39,468 nucleotides of DNA from Candidatus Binatia bacterium (GTDB taxonomy: Bacteria; Desulfobacterota; Binatia; UBA1149; CAITLU01): positions 2,528 to 41,995 of the forward strand of contig JBHEOD010000004.1 in assembly GCA_046261745.1 (NCBI GenBank), in the 5' to 3' direction. Position numbers and translations under genes: made by a program. The notes under the pieces are model-generated. The model was not told the DNA's origin. It saw only the letters and a list, made by a program, of their open reading frames with translations, and ran no database searches. Below are positions 16,428 to 25,610 of this stretch, piece after piece; positions within the stretch are counted from its first letter, which is position 1, and each line of letters opens with the position of its first letter.

Positions 16428-18044
16428 TTACGGGCAGCCGCCGCTGCCTGGCGTGTAGACTGTCTGCGGGGTCGTTCCGCACAGCAGTGAGACGAGCGAC
16501 TGCAGCTCGAGCCTGCCCGGGCCCGGAAATCCCGCGACAATGTTCACGGTCTGACTCGTGGTGGCCGGCGAGCAGAAAGTGCCGCCGGCGAACGGGATGA
16601 CCGGATGCGGCGCGCCCTCGGTGACGATTGGATCGAGGAAGCACGGCCTTCGTTCGACAAGACCGCACTCTCCGCCGTCCACGCCGATCTGGCCAGGCTC
16701 GCAGTCGCTGTTGGTCTGGCAGGCGAGAAGGCCCGTGCCGTCCGCGCGAACGATGCCGTCGCAGAACGTGTCGTCGGGACCTTCGGCGCACAGCCCTTCC
16801 TCGTCACCGGCGTCCTCGCACACTCCCGTGGTGCATGCGTTCGGCAGCGTCTGTTCGCCGTTGCCATTACTCGAACAAGTTCCTGCCCCGGCGGCTTCGC
16901 ACACGGAATCGAGGTCGCAAGGAATGGAGAAGTCGCCGCTGCAGACCCGGCACGGACAGTCGAGCTCGGCTGCCACACCGTCGACCGCGCAGGGGATTTT
17001 CGCGTGGAGTTCGTCGCGGCCCGTGGTCAGGTCAATCTCGATCGACAGGCCGGGCCCCGCGATGTTCGCCTCCGGAAGCGGGAAGCAGTCGAGACTGTAA
17101 AGAGCGCCGGTGGGCGGTGGGAAGGTGGTGTTGCCGGCCTGCGCATCGCAACTCTCGGTGTCGTTGAGGCCGCCCACGCAAACGCCGTCGCGCATGCCGT
17201 CCGCCGGCGTGGTGTCGTTGATGCAAATGGGGCAGGGCTGCAGGTTGCTGAGACCGGAGAATACCTTTTCCCTCAGATGAAGCCCGATCGTGCCCGAACC
17301 CTGATCCACGTTGGCCATGCCATCGGGCTGCCCGGCCAGCGTGTTCAGCACGCAGACCGGAACGTTCGCGGAATTGAGCGGCAGCGGCGGTCCGAAGTTG
17401 CAGGTGCAGTTTCCGCCGCCGCACAGTTCGTCGGGTCCGGCGACGGTGAAACAGCGCTGCCGGTTGTCGTTGTCACAGCGGCAGTTGCCGAGTGACGGAT
17501 CGTGACCGGTGATCGTGCACTCGCCGCACGGCGCCGGCCCCTGGCAGTCGAGGAAGACGCGGGCGGGCACCGGATCGTTCAGGTCGAAATTGTGCGAGAT
17601 CCCGGTCCATCCGACGTCGGTTTCGCTGCGGGTACGACACCTGCCGATGGACGGGTCGCAAACGGAGAACGCGGCGCATTCGGCGTTCGTGGCGCAGGTG
17701 CCGCGAATCCCGGCAAACAGCGCGAACTGCGCCACCACCGGGCATTCGTCCGCCGGATCGCAATCGGGACAGTCCAGCGTGACCGGCAGTCCCACTGCTC
17801 CCTGCAGCACGAGGAGTGCGTCGCTGGCTGTGATGGTGCTCGAACTGTTGACGTCGCAGACGCAGATGTTGCAGGGCAACACCTCGACGGCCGCGTTCAG
17901 AACGTAGAGGGAATCGGTCGTGGTTTCCGGCGCAGTGCCGTCGACCGGAAGGCCACAGGCACGTTCCTGCGCAAGAGCAGACACCGGCAGAAGAAGACAG
18001 CAGAAAAAGAAGGGCGCGAAATAACAGCGAGTGAAATGATCCAT
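16428..18044 (-). CDS. Secreted cysteine-rich protein with an N-terminal dockerin/EF-hand-like module
   Basis: ATG 18044 after GGAGGTG. Signal peptide ending ALA-Q; CDVNSSSTITASDALLVL motif; about 47 Cys by hand count. Confidence 0.8.
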   Translation of the reverse strand: MDHFTRCYFAPFFFCCLLLPVSALAQERACGLPVDGTAPETTTDSLYVLNAAVEVLPCNICVCDVNSSSTITASDALLVLQGAVGLPVTLDCPDCDPADECPVVAQFALFAGIRGTCATNAECAAFSVCDPSIGRCRTRSETDVGWTGISHNFDLNDPVPARVFLDCQGPAPCGECTITGHDPSLGNCRCDNDNRQRCFTVAGPDELCGGGNCTCNFGPPLPLNSANVPVCVLNTLAGQPDGMANVDQGSGTIGLHLREKVFSGLSNLQPCPICINDTTPADGMRDGVCVGGLNDTESCDAQAGNTTFPPPTGALYSLDCFPLPEANIAGPGLSIEIDLTTGRDELHAKIPCAVDGVAAELDCPCRVCSGDFSIPCDLDSVCEAAGAGTCSSNGNGEQTLPNACTTGVCEDAGDEEGLCAEGPDDTFCDGIVRADGTGLLACQTNSDCEPGQIGVDGGECGLVERRPCFLDPIVTEGAPHPVIPFAGGTFCSPATTSQTVNIVAGFPGPGRLELQSLVSLLCGTTPQTVYTPGSGGCP

Positions 18045-18052
18045 GTGTTCAC

Positions 18053-18075
18053 CTCCACGGTGCATCACCGTGGAG
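18053..18075 (-). promoter_or_regulatory. RBS-sequestering hairpin in the 5' UTR of the Cys-rich gene
   Basis: CTCCACGGTG-ATG-CACCGTGGAG on the minus strand, a 10 bp perfect stem whose 3' arm contains the GGAG of the SD. Confidence 0.5.
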
Positions 18076-18136
18076 TATGAGACAGATCACCAAGGCTTGG
18101 CAACGCCCCCAATCGCCCGCTCGATGGGGGGATGCT

Positions 18137-18331
18137 TCACTCTTCTGCGATGGAGATCGCCTGCCGCGGACACAGGCGCACGGCTTCTTTCAGCTTGTCC
18201 CGCATGGATTCGGGGGGGTGTTCGATGAGGATGTTGAGCGAGTCCTGGTCATCCACCTGGAACACGTCAGGGAGGATGCGCATGCACACGGCATTGGCTT
18301 CGCACAGATCGTAGTCGACGACGACTTTCAT
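18137..18331 (-). CDS. Ferredoxin, single-cluster [3Fe-4S] type (P450 partner, FdxD-like)
   Basis: 64 aa with CEANAVC ... CPRQAI, directly downstream of the P450. Confidence 0.9.
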   Translation of the reverse strand: MKVVVDYDLCEANAVCMRILPDVFQVDDQDSLNILIEHPPESMRDKLKEAVRLCPRQAISIAEE

Positions 18332-18365
18332 GATGGTCGGACTCTAGCTGTGACGGTTCGCCCAG

Positions 18366-19667
18366 TTAAGCGGTCGCTGCACCGGCTTCGACCTGGTGGA
18401 ACGGACATCCGCCGGCGGCCGATTTCGACTCGCTCGCCGCGCTGCGCGGGGCGGGCGTGTAGCGCACCGGCATCTCCTTGATGCCGTGGATGAAGTTGGA
18501 GCGCAGGTAGCGGATCGGGCCGGCCAGCTCGATGTCGGGCACCCGCGTCAGGATCTCCGTGAAGATCGAGCAGAGCTGCGCACGCGCGAAGCTGGCGCCG
18601 AGGCAGTAATGCTCGCCGATGCCGAGGCCGAGGTGCTCCGGGATGTTGCGGGTGACGTCGAAACGGTCGGGGTCGGTGAATACGTCCTCGTCGCGATTGG
18701 CCGACGGGTACCACATCACCACCTTGTCGCCCTTCTTCAGCGTCTTGCCGCGCAGTTCGTAGTCCTCGGTCAGCGTACGCCGGAAGTGCATGACGGCCGG
18801 GTTGTAGCGCAGGAACTCCTCGACGGCGTTCGGGATCAGCGAGGGGTCCTCGACGAGCTTGCGGCGCTCTTCGGGATTCTCGATCAGCAGGCGCATGCCG
18901 TTGGCGGTGAGCGTGCGGGTCGTCTCGTTTCCGGCCACCATCAGCATCAGGAAGAAATAGTTGTACTGGAGCGCGTCGAGGGATTCGCCGTCGACCTTGC
19001 CGTGGTAGAGGGCGCTCGCGAGGTTGTTCATCGGGCATTCGCCGACCAGCTCGCGCAGCTTCTGGCCGTACATGCAGACTTCCGCGGCGGCCATGCGACC
19101 TTCGTCGAAGGAACCCTGCAGCTCGGGGTCGTCGAAACCGACCAGCTTGTTGCTGATGTCGAAGAGGCGTTGCTGGTCTTCCTCGGGCACGCCGACGATC
19201 TCCATGATGGTCTTCATGGGGAGTTGGGCGGCTACGTCGGAGACGAAGTCGCAGCTGCCGCGCTCGGCGATGTCGTCGATGATTTCACGGGCAAGGTCGC
19301 GGATGTGCGGCTCGAGCTGGTCGATCATCCGCGGCGTGAAGTTCTTGGCGACCAGACGCCGGTACTTAACGTGCAGGGGAGGGTCCATGTTGAGCATCAT
19401 GGAGCGGGAGCCCTCGAGATCGTCCCCCTGGAGCTCGAAGATGTTGGTGCCGCCCTGCCAGGACGAGAACAGCGTGGGGTTTCGCGACATCATCTTGACG
19501 TCTTCGTATTTGGTGATGTCCCAGAACCCGCGGCCGTTACGCTCGACGTCGAAGTGTGTCTCGTTCCAGTGCACCGGGTCCTCGCGCCGGAGCCGGCGGA
19601 AGTACTCGTGGGGAAAGCCGTTGGCGAAGGAATCGGGATCGGACAGGTCCAGTTCGTTGAAGGTCAT
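18366..19667 (-). CDS. Cytochrome P450, CYP124/CYP125-like (probable steroid or branched-lipid terminal oxidase)
   Basis: ATG 19667 after GGGAG. MLNMDPPLH, I-helix AGNETT, EEFLR (ExxR), HFRRT, heme ligand GEHYCLG. Confidence 0.92.
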   Translation of the reverse strand: MTFNELDLSDPDSFANGFPHEYFRRLRREDPVHWNETHFDVERNGRGFWDITKYEDVKMMSRNPTLFSSWQGGTNIFELQGDDLEGSRSMMLNMDPPLHVKYRRLVAKNFTPRMIDQLEPHIRDLAREIIDDIAERGSCDFVSDVAAQLPMKTIMEIVGVPEEDQQRLFDISNKLVGFDDPELQGSFDEGRMAAAEVCMYGQKLRELVGECPMNNLASALYHGKVDGESLDALQYNYFFLMLMVAGNETTRTLTANGMRLLIENPEERRKLVEDPSLIPNAVEEFLRYNPAVMHFRRTLTEDYELRGKTLKKGDKVVMWYPSANRDEDVFTDPDRFDVTRNIPEHLGLGIGEHYCLGASFARAQLCSIFTEILTRVPDIELAGPIRYLRSNFIHGIKEMPVRYTPAPRSAASESKSAAGGCPFHQVEAGAATA

Positions 19668-19784
19668 GTTGTGCGCTCCCCAGTGTGGTCTTGGTCGCGA
19701 TGCCGTCCTAGACTCCGCGCTCGTTCCGGCCGTCCCCGTGGCCGTCCGGGGTGAAGCTTGTCGTTCCTGCCGCGACCGGGCATG

Positions 19785-19798
19785 AACGAACGTTTGTT
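19785..19798. promoter_or_regulatory. Candidate TetR operator in the divergent P450/TetR intergenic region
   Basis: AACGAACGTTTGTT, an AT-rich near-palindrome with one mismatched pair, in GC-rich surroundings. Confidence 0.5.
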
Positions 19799-19886
19799 GG
19801 GTAACAGTTTCCGCGCACTGCGGCAAGACGAGAATGGCTCCCAGCGCGTCCATGACGCCCAAGGGCGTGTGACCTCAGGTGATTCC

Positions 19887-20522
19887 ATGACAACCGGCCC
19901 CCTGGACCCTAGCCTTGGTGAGTCGCGCACGACCCGCGAGCGCATTCTCGATGCGGCCGAACAGGTCTTCGCGGAGAAAGGCCTCGGCGCGGCCCCGGTG
20001 CGTGACATCGCGGCCCGGGTCGGCCTCAATCCCGCAAGCCTTTACAACCACTTCGCCGGCAAGGAGGAACTCTACGAGGCCGTCCTCGAAAGGGGCCTGA
20101 CGCCCGTGCTCGAGATGCTCTCCGATCTCATGGGTGGTGCGAGGACGCGCGATCGTGAGGAGCTCGTGATCGACCGGGTCGTGCTGCACTTCGCGGCCAG
20201 TCCCAACCTCGCCAAGCTGATTCATTACGAGACGCTGGCCGGGGGAGAGCGCCTCGCCCGCATCGCCGGCCGCTGGTTTGAGCCCGTCTACCAGCGCGGC
20301 ATCGAGGTCCTGCACGCGAGCCGCGCGGCCGAGGTCTGGTCCGAAGAGGACCTGCCGCTGCTGCTGCTGGCTTTCCAGAATCTCATCGTCGGCTACTTCG
20401 CAATGGCGCCGCTCGTCCGCCAGGTCTTCGGATTCGACCCGGTCTCCGAGGAGGGCATCTCACGTCAGACGGCATTCCTGCACCGGGTTGCCCACCTGTT
20501 GGTGCCGCCGCGCGAAGAATAG
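19887..20522 (+). CDS. TetR/AcrR family transcriptional regulator
   Basis: TRERILDAAEQVFAEKG...VRDIAARVGLNPASLYNHFAGKEELY helix-turn-helix. ATG 19887 preferred as start. Confidence 0.92.
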   Translation: MTTGPLDPSLGESRTTRERILDAAEQVFAEKGLGAAPVRDIAARVGLNPASLYNHFAGKEELYEAVLERGLTPVLEMLSDLMGGARTRDREELVIDRVVLHFAASPNLAKLIHYETLAGGERLARIAGRWFEPVYQRGIEVLHASRAAEVWSEEDLPLLLLAFQNLIVGYFAMAPLVRQVFGFDPVSEEGISRQTAFLHRVAHLLVPPREE

Positions 20523-22627
20523 TGGCCGGCGAAACGCAGTCCGAGAAGACGCAGTCCGATATTGCGCGGCCCCACGAAGCGCGTTCCGAAGTCGCGCAGC
20601 CCGGCGGTCGACCGCCGCGCCGGCGCCGGCTCCTGGTCGTGGTCGCGGCGCTCGTCGCCACCGCGGCGGCGCTTCGCTTCGTGCTCGGTTTCTTCGCGGC
20701 GGACTTGTTCGCCGCGGCCGTTCGGCAGGCTGCGGCCCGCAACGGCCTCGAGGTGTTTATCGACGCACCGCCGGAAGTGACGACCAGCGGCTTCATGGCG
20801 CGGGGGGTCATCGTGCGGTCGGCCGAGGGACAGGAGTGGCTTCGGGCCGACACGGTCGCGGGCAGCACGCGCTTCTTCCTGCGAAGTCCTTTTCTCGGAA
20901 TCTCTGTGGCGCTGGGGGGCGCGCGCGCAAACTGGCCGCAAGCAGACGCTTCCGCGGAGGCTGCCGCCCTGACGTTGCCGGTCCTTCCGGCCGTGCTCTC
21001 GCAGGTGGAATTCGACGATGCGCGAATCGACCTCGGCGAGGGACGAAAGATCACGTTCGACGGCGCCGCGAGGATGGATGGCGGCGGCGCGCTCATCATT
21101 CATGCGACGCGCCTGGAGTATAGCGACAGGACCGGCGAGAACGCGGCCGAGAAAATGTCGGGCTCCCTTCGACTGACGTCCCATGTTCCGGGGCTGATTC
21201 CGAAGAGCGCCGTTGCGTCGGCGAACGCGAAACCATCCAGCGACGCGCTCGGCGCGACAGGCCTGCGCTTCGAGGTCGAGGCAGGCTCGGGCGCGGCTCT
21301 GATCGGCTCCGTGCTTCTCGACTTCGCGGCCCATCCGCTTGCGCTCGCGGGAGTGCTCGAATCGCGCAAGGGCGGACGGCTTCGCGTGTCGGGCCTTGCG
21401 CTTGGGTTCGGCAAGCTTGTGGCCGCGTCCGGCAGCGTGGATCTCGCGCGCGACGGTTCGGTCGAGCGCGCCGACATCGTGGGCTCCTCGGACAACCTGA
21501 TGCCTGCTTTCGTGACGCTCGTACGCGAACCGTTCGCGGGCGTTGTGCCGGCCTTTGCCGATGCGGCCGTCGATGGGCACGCCCGCGTCAGTCTGTACCT
21601 GGGTTCACGGTCGCGGCATTCCGCCGATGCGACCATCACCCTGACGGCGAAGTCGCTGCGCACGCGGTCGGTGATGTCGGAAACTCTCGTCGTTGAGTTT
21701 CCGTGGATCGGTGCCGCGCTTTCCGGACGAAAGCCGCGCCCCGGGCACCTGCGCGCCGCGAAGATCTCGCTGCTCGGGTTGCCGTGGACCGGGGTCGACA
21801 CGGCGCTCACTGCCGAGCCGGGCCGCCTGCGGGCAACGACGAACCAGGAATGGAAATCGGCCGGCGGCACGCTGCGCATTTCCAACCTCGTCCTCGAGGA
21901 CGACGCGCGAGCGGGGCCGAGGCTGACGGCGAATCTTGAACTGGTCGGCTTCGACCTTGCGAGGCTCGGCGAGCCGTTCGGAATCCGGTGGATGAACGGC
22001 AGTCTCGGCGGGAACCTCGGGCGGGTTCGCCTCGATGCGGACGCGCTCCGCGCCGACGGAACCGTCGAGATGAAAACGTTCGGCGGCACGGTGCGCTTCT
22101 CCAACCTGGCTATCGAGCAGCCGTTCGGCCGGGTGCCGGAGTTCGGCCTGGACGCAAAAGTCGAAGGCATCGATCTCGGAGCGCTCACGCAGGAAGTGGG
22201 GTTCGGGCGTGTGAGCGGTGTTCTCGAGGGCCATGTCACCGGGCTCGTCGTGGCGGCCGGCCAGGCCCAGTCCTTCGACGCCGACCTGCACACCGTGTCG
22301 CGGCGCGGCGTGTCGCAGACGGTGGACGTGCGCGCGATCGTCCAGCTCGGAGTGCTCGGCGGCGGCGACCGCGGCTCGGTCACCGGAGCCCTGCTGCGCG
22401 TGGTGGATCGCTACCGCTACTCGAAGCTCGGCCTGCGTTGTCGCTTGCGCAACGACGTCTTCGAGATTCGCGGCGTCGAAACGGATGGCGACAAGGACTA
22501 CATCGTGAAGGGAAGCCTGCTGCCGCCGTCGGTCAGCGTGGTGAGTCATTCGCAAGTCGTCTCGTTCTCGGAGATGCTCCGCCGTGTCCAGAGGATCAAC
22601 ACGATCGAGGAAGGAGGTTCCCCCTGA
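20522..22627 (+). CDS. YdbH/AsmA-like intermembrane beta-groove protein (probable lipid bridge)
   Basis: One N-terminal TM segment, then a long run of amphipathic beta-strands. C-terminal FGGTV...FGRVSGVLEG...YRYSKLGLRCRLRND...LLPPSVSVV. Coupled to a YdbL-type gene. Confidence 0.65.
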   Translation: MAGETQSEKTQSDIARPHEARSEVAQPGGRPPRRRRLLVVVAALVATAAALRFVLGFFAADLFAAAVRQAAARNGLEVFIDAPPEVTTSGFMARGVIVRSAEGQEWLRADTVAGSTRFFLRSPFLGISVALGGARANWPQADASAEAAALTLPVLPAVLSQVEFDDARIDLGEGRKITFDGAARMDGGGALIIHATRLEYSDRTGENAAEKMSGSLRLTSHVPGLIPKSAVASANAKPSSDALGATGLRFEVEAGSGAALIGSVLLDFAAHPLALAGVLESRKGGRLRVSGLALGFGKLVAASGSVDLARDGSVERADIVGSSDNLMPAFVTLVREPFAGVVPAFADAAVDGHARVSLYLGSRSRHSADATITLTAKSLRTRSVMSETLVVEFPWIGAALSGRKPRPGHLRAAKISLLGLPWTGVDTALTAEPGRLRATTNQEWKSAGGTLRISNLVLEDDARAGPRLTANLELVGFDLARLGEPFGIRWMNGSLGGNLGRVRLDADALRADGTVEMKTFGGTVRFSNLAIEQPFGRVPEFGLDAKVEGIDLGALTQEVGFGRVSGVLEGHVTGLVVAAGQAQSFDADLHTVSRRGVSQTVDVRAIVQLGVLGGGDRGSVTGALLRVVDRYRYSKLGLRCRLRNDVFEIRGVETDGDKDYIVKGSLLPPSVSVVSHSQVVSFSEMLRRVQRINTIEEGGSP

Positions 22628-23262
22628 TGCTGCGTCTTCATGATCACGCTGCTCCTGCGCTCACCGCAGGCCTGCCGCTTTCCCGTCTCCTTCTCACCAC
22701 CGTCTGCCCGGCGGTCTTCGCGATGGCCTGCGTGACGGTGAACATCTACTTCCCCGCGCCCGAGGTGCGCGAGGCGGCGGAGCAGATCGTGGACGAAACC
22801 TGGGGCGGACCTGCCGCCGCGGTGCCGGGCCCGCAATCGGGCGTGGCCGGGCGCGTGCTGCTTGCCGTCGTCGGATCGTTGTTGCCGGCCGAGGCACACG
22901 CGGCCGACGTTGACGTGAACGTGTCCACGGCCGGCATCCGGGCGCTCAAGGAAGGGATGAAGCAGCGCTCCGGGGAGCTGAAGCCGTTCCTGGCCAGCGG
23001 CGGCGTCGGCATTGGAAAGGACGGCCTGCTCGTCCAGCGCGACGCGGGGGCAATGGACCTTGCGACCAAGGCGAGGGTTCGGCGTCTCGTGGACGCCGAA
23101 AACAAGGACCGCGAGGCGCTGTACCGGGAGATCGCGTCGGCCAACAAATACGGCGCCGAACGCGTGGCCGACATCCGTTCCATCTTTGCACAGACCTGGA
23201 AGGACAAGGCCGAACGCGGCTGGTTCGTGCAGGGATCGGACGGCTCCTGGAAGAAGAAGTAG
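22627..23262 (+). CDS. YdbL/DUF1318 family lipoprotein
   Basis: ATG 22627 overlaps the previous stop. Lipobox-like AMA-CVTVNIYFPA; LVDAENKDREALYREIA; GWFVQ...GSWKKK. Confidence 0.8.
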   Translation: MLRLHDHAAPALTAGLPLSRLLLTTVCPAVFAMACVTVNIYFPAPEVREAAEQIVDETWGGPAAAVPGPQSGVAGRVLLAVVGSLLPAEAHAADVDVNVSTAGIRALKEGMKQRSGELKPFLASGGVGIGKDGLLVQRDAGAMDLATKARVRRLVDAENKDREALYREIASANKYGAERVADIRSIFAQTWKDKAERGWFVQGSDGSWKKK

Positions 23263-23308
23263 CCGCGCAGGCCCGACCGCGGGACAGCGGGCGATCCTCC
23301 CGCGGCCG

Positions 23309-24937
23309 CTACGCCTCTTCGTGCCTTGCGTTCCAGCGCCGCCGTAGTCCGTACAGCATCGAGAAGGCCGCCATCAATCCCGCCATGCCGGGAATCAGTC
23401 CCGGCAGCGTCGCCGCGATGGTCATCCGTCTCGAAGGGGACGGAATCGTGTACAACCCGACGGCCTTGTGGCGGACGATCGGGAACCCGATCTCCTTGCC
23501 GTCGGGACCGAATGCCCCCGAGATGCCGCCGTTGGACGCGCGTACCATCGAACGCCGGAGCTCGACCGTTCGCATCAGGCTCATCGCGTGATGTTGTTCG
23601 GGGCCTGCGCCGCCGGCGAACCACGCGTCGTTCGACAGGTTGACGAGCAGGCTCGCCCCATTGAGGACTGCCTCGCGGGCATACTGCCGGTAGACGGCCT
23701 CGAAGCAGATCAGCGGAGCAATGCGCCATCCGCGCACGTCGAACCATTGCGCGGATTCTCCCGCGCGGTAGTCGGATGTGTCCGGGATTTCCGATCCGGT
23801 GACCGGCGAGCTCTCGACGTAGGGTAGAAGGCGCCGCTTGTCGTAGGTTCGCGGCTGATCCGCGCCGGGCGCGAAGAAGTACACGCTGTTGTAGAGCGCG
23901 GCGCGGCCGTTGCCGAGATCTTCCGAACGGGGCGCGCCGAGCATGATGGCGGCGCCGGTGGACTTGGCCAGCTCGACCAGCCGGTTGCGAGAAGTTGCAT
24001 CGGCGTCGAGCAAAAACGGCGCGGCACTCTCCGGCCATACCACCAGGTCCACGCTGCCCGGGTGCAGCCCCTCGGTGGCGCTGATGTAGGCGTTCCAGTT
24101 CGCCATGCGCTGGGCGGGATCCCAGACGTCTCGGCTCGGTATCTCGGCCTGCACGACGGCCACGCGCAGCGGCTGGATCGGAGAGAGTTCGGGGTCGCGC
24201 CATTGCTCGACTCCCCCGAGCAGCATGAGCAGCAGCGGGGACCCGAAGGCGATGAACATGCAGACCCTCGAACTACGTGCGTCCACGTCGGGTTGCAGGC
24301 CGGTGCCGACGGCCGCGCCGCACAGCGCCGCCACCCAGCCGAGCAGCGGCTCTCCGCCGTAGGCAGCCGCTTCTCGCAGCAGCGGGATGTGCGCGAAGCT
24401 CTGGCCGAGCGTGGCCCACGCATTGCCGGCCGGGTCCGCGGCGCGCAGCGTCTCGCAGGTGATCCATACCGAGGCCACGCCGAACACGCGCACCACGGGC
24501 GGAGCCCAGGCCAGCAGCCGTAACGCGACGAAGGCGGGCGCATAAAGAAGGGCAACGTAGCCGGCGTTGACCCAGACAGTGAAGCCGAGAGACCACAGCG
24601 AGCCCTGGTCGAAGTAGTCGACCGAAGCCGAGTACATCCACGGGCCGACAATGCCGAGGGCGGCCAGCAGTCCGAATATGAACCCGAACATGGCCGCGCG
24701 CAGCAGCGAGCACTCCCAGGTTTTGTTCGTGAGGACGAGGGTGATGGGCGTCAGCGCAAGAAAGACGACAGTGCCGGCGTGAAAGGGATCGTACAGAACG
24801 GTGAACATGACGGCCGCGACGACGACGGCGGCCAGTTGCGGCACGATCGGCGCACTTCCTCTCGACGACCCGCGCGGAAGGAGGGCGCGACACGTACGGA
24901 CGCCCGACTCCGCAAGATGGCGCAGCACTGCGTTCAC
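23309..24937 (-). CDS. lnt: Apolipoprotein N-acyltransferase
   Basis: Multi-TM N-terminus and a nitrilase-fold triad: VVWPES, YDKRRLLPYVE, PLICFE; also NLSNDAWF and RASNGGIS. Confidence 0.9.
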   Translation of the reverse strand: MNAVLRHLAESGVRTCRALLPRGSSRGSAPIVPQLAAVVVAAVMFTVLYDPFHAGTVVFLALTPITLVLTNKTWECSLLRAAMFGFIFGLLAALGIVGPWMYSASVDYFDQGSLWSLGFTVWVNAGYVALLYAPAFVALRLLAWAPPVVRVFGVASVWITCETLRAADPAGNAWATLGQSFAHIPLLREAAAYGGEPLLGWVAALCGAAVGTGLQPDVDARSSRVCMFIAFGSPLLLMLLGGVEQWRDPELSPIQPLRVAVVQAEIPSRDVWDPAQRMANWNAYISATEGLHPGSVDLVVWPESAAPFLLDADATSRNRLVELAKSTGAAIMLGAPRSEDLGNGRAALYNSVYFFAPGADQPRTYDKRRLLPYVESSPVTGSEIPDTSDYRAGESAQWFDVRGWRIAPLICFEAVYRQYAREAVLNGASLLVNLSNDAWFAGGAGPEQHHAMSLMRTVELRRSMVRASNGGISGAFGPDGKEIGFPIVRHKAVGLYTIPSPSRRMTIAATLPGLIPGMAGLMAAFSMLYGLRRRWNARHEEA

Positions 24938-25002
24938 CGGTTGCCCGCCGTCTGCACGCTCGCGGTGTTGCGAACGGACGCCGCGTGCGGCATCCGGGCT
25001 TC

Positions 25003-25581
25003 ATGAGTGACGAGCGGTTTGCGGGAGTCTACGTGGCGCCCACGGCGGCCATCTACGGCAACGTGGAGATCGGGGCCGGTTCTTCCGCGTGGCCGAATGC
25101 GGTCGTGCGCGCCGAGTGCGAGCACGTTCGCATCGGTCGCGTCACCAACCTGCAGGATTTCGTGATGATCCATGTCGGTTACGATTACCCGACCGTGATC
25201 GGGGACTTCTGCTCGATTACGCATCATGCCACCGTCCACGGCGCCACCGTTGGGGACGCGTGCCTGGTGGGAATAGGGGCCGTGCTGATGGACGGGGTTG
25301 TGCTCGGCGCGGGCTCCATCGTGGCCGGCGGGGCCGTGCTGACCGAGGGTTCGGTGTTCGAGCCCGGTTCGATCGTCGCCGGTGTTCCGGCCAGGGCCAT
25401 CAAGCGTCGAGACTCCACGCGCGAAAACCGGATGAATGCATGGCTGTACCATCGTAACGCCGCGGCCTACGCGGGTGGGGAGCATCGCGCCTGGCACGGT
25501 CCGGACTTCGAACGGTGGAAGACCGACCTGCTGGCCGAGCTGGCGACGGATGCGGATCTGAAGCGGCTCGACGCAATCTGA
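25003..25581 (+). CDS. Gamma carbonic anhydrase family protein (YrdA/PaaY-like hexapeptide repeat)
   Basis: IYGNVEIG, TNLQD..MIH, THHATVHG Zn-ligand histidines, GVPAR. Confidence 0.88.
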   Translation: MSDERFAGVYVAPTAAIYGNVEIGAGSSAWPNAVVRAECEHVRIGRVTNLQDFVMIHVGYDYPTVIGDFCSITHHATVHGATVGDACLVGIGAVLMDGVVLGAGSIVAGGAVLTEGSVFEPGSIVAGVPARAIKRRDSTRENRMNAWLYHRNAAAYAGGEHRAWHGPDFERWKTDLLAELATDADLKRLDAI

Positions 25582-25610
25582 ACCGCGGCCGGCGACAGGC
25601 AAGTGTTTCT

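Noticed and set aside
18090-18100. CCAAG-G-CTTGG as another KstR2-like box
   Set aside because: The spacer is 1 nt rather than 2, so the geometry does not fit.
18106-18130. Imperfect hairpin after the ferredoxin stop as a terminator
   Set aside because: Bulged short stem without a U-tract; too weak to call.
19887-20522. Calling the TetR KstR or KstR2
   Set aside because: The recognition helix and C-terminal domain are not recognisably those of either regulator, so it is left as a generic TetR.
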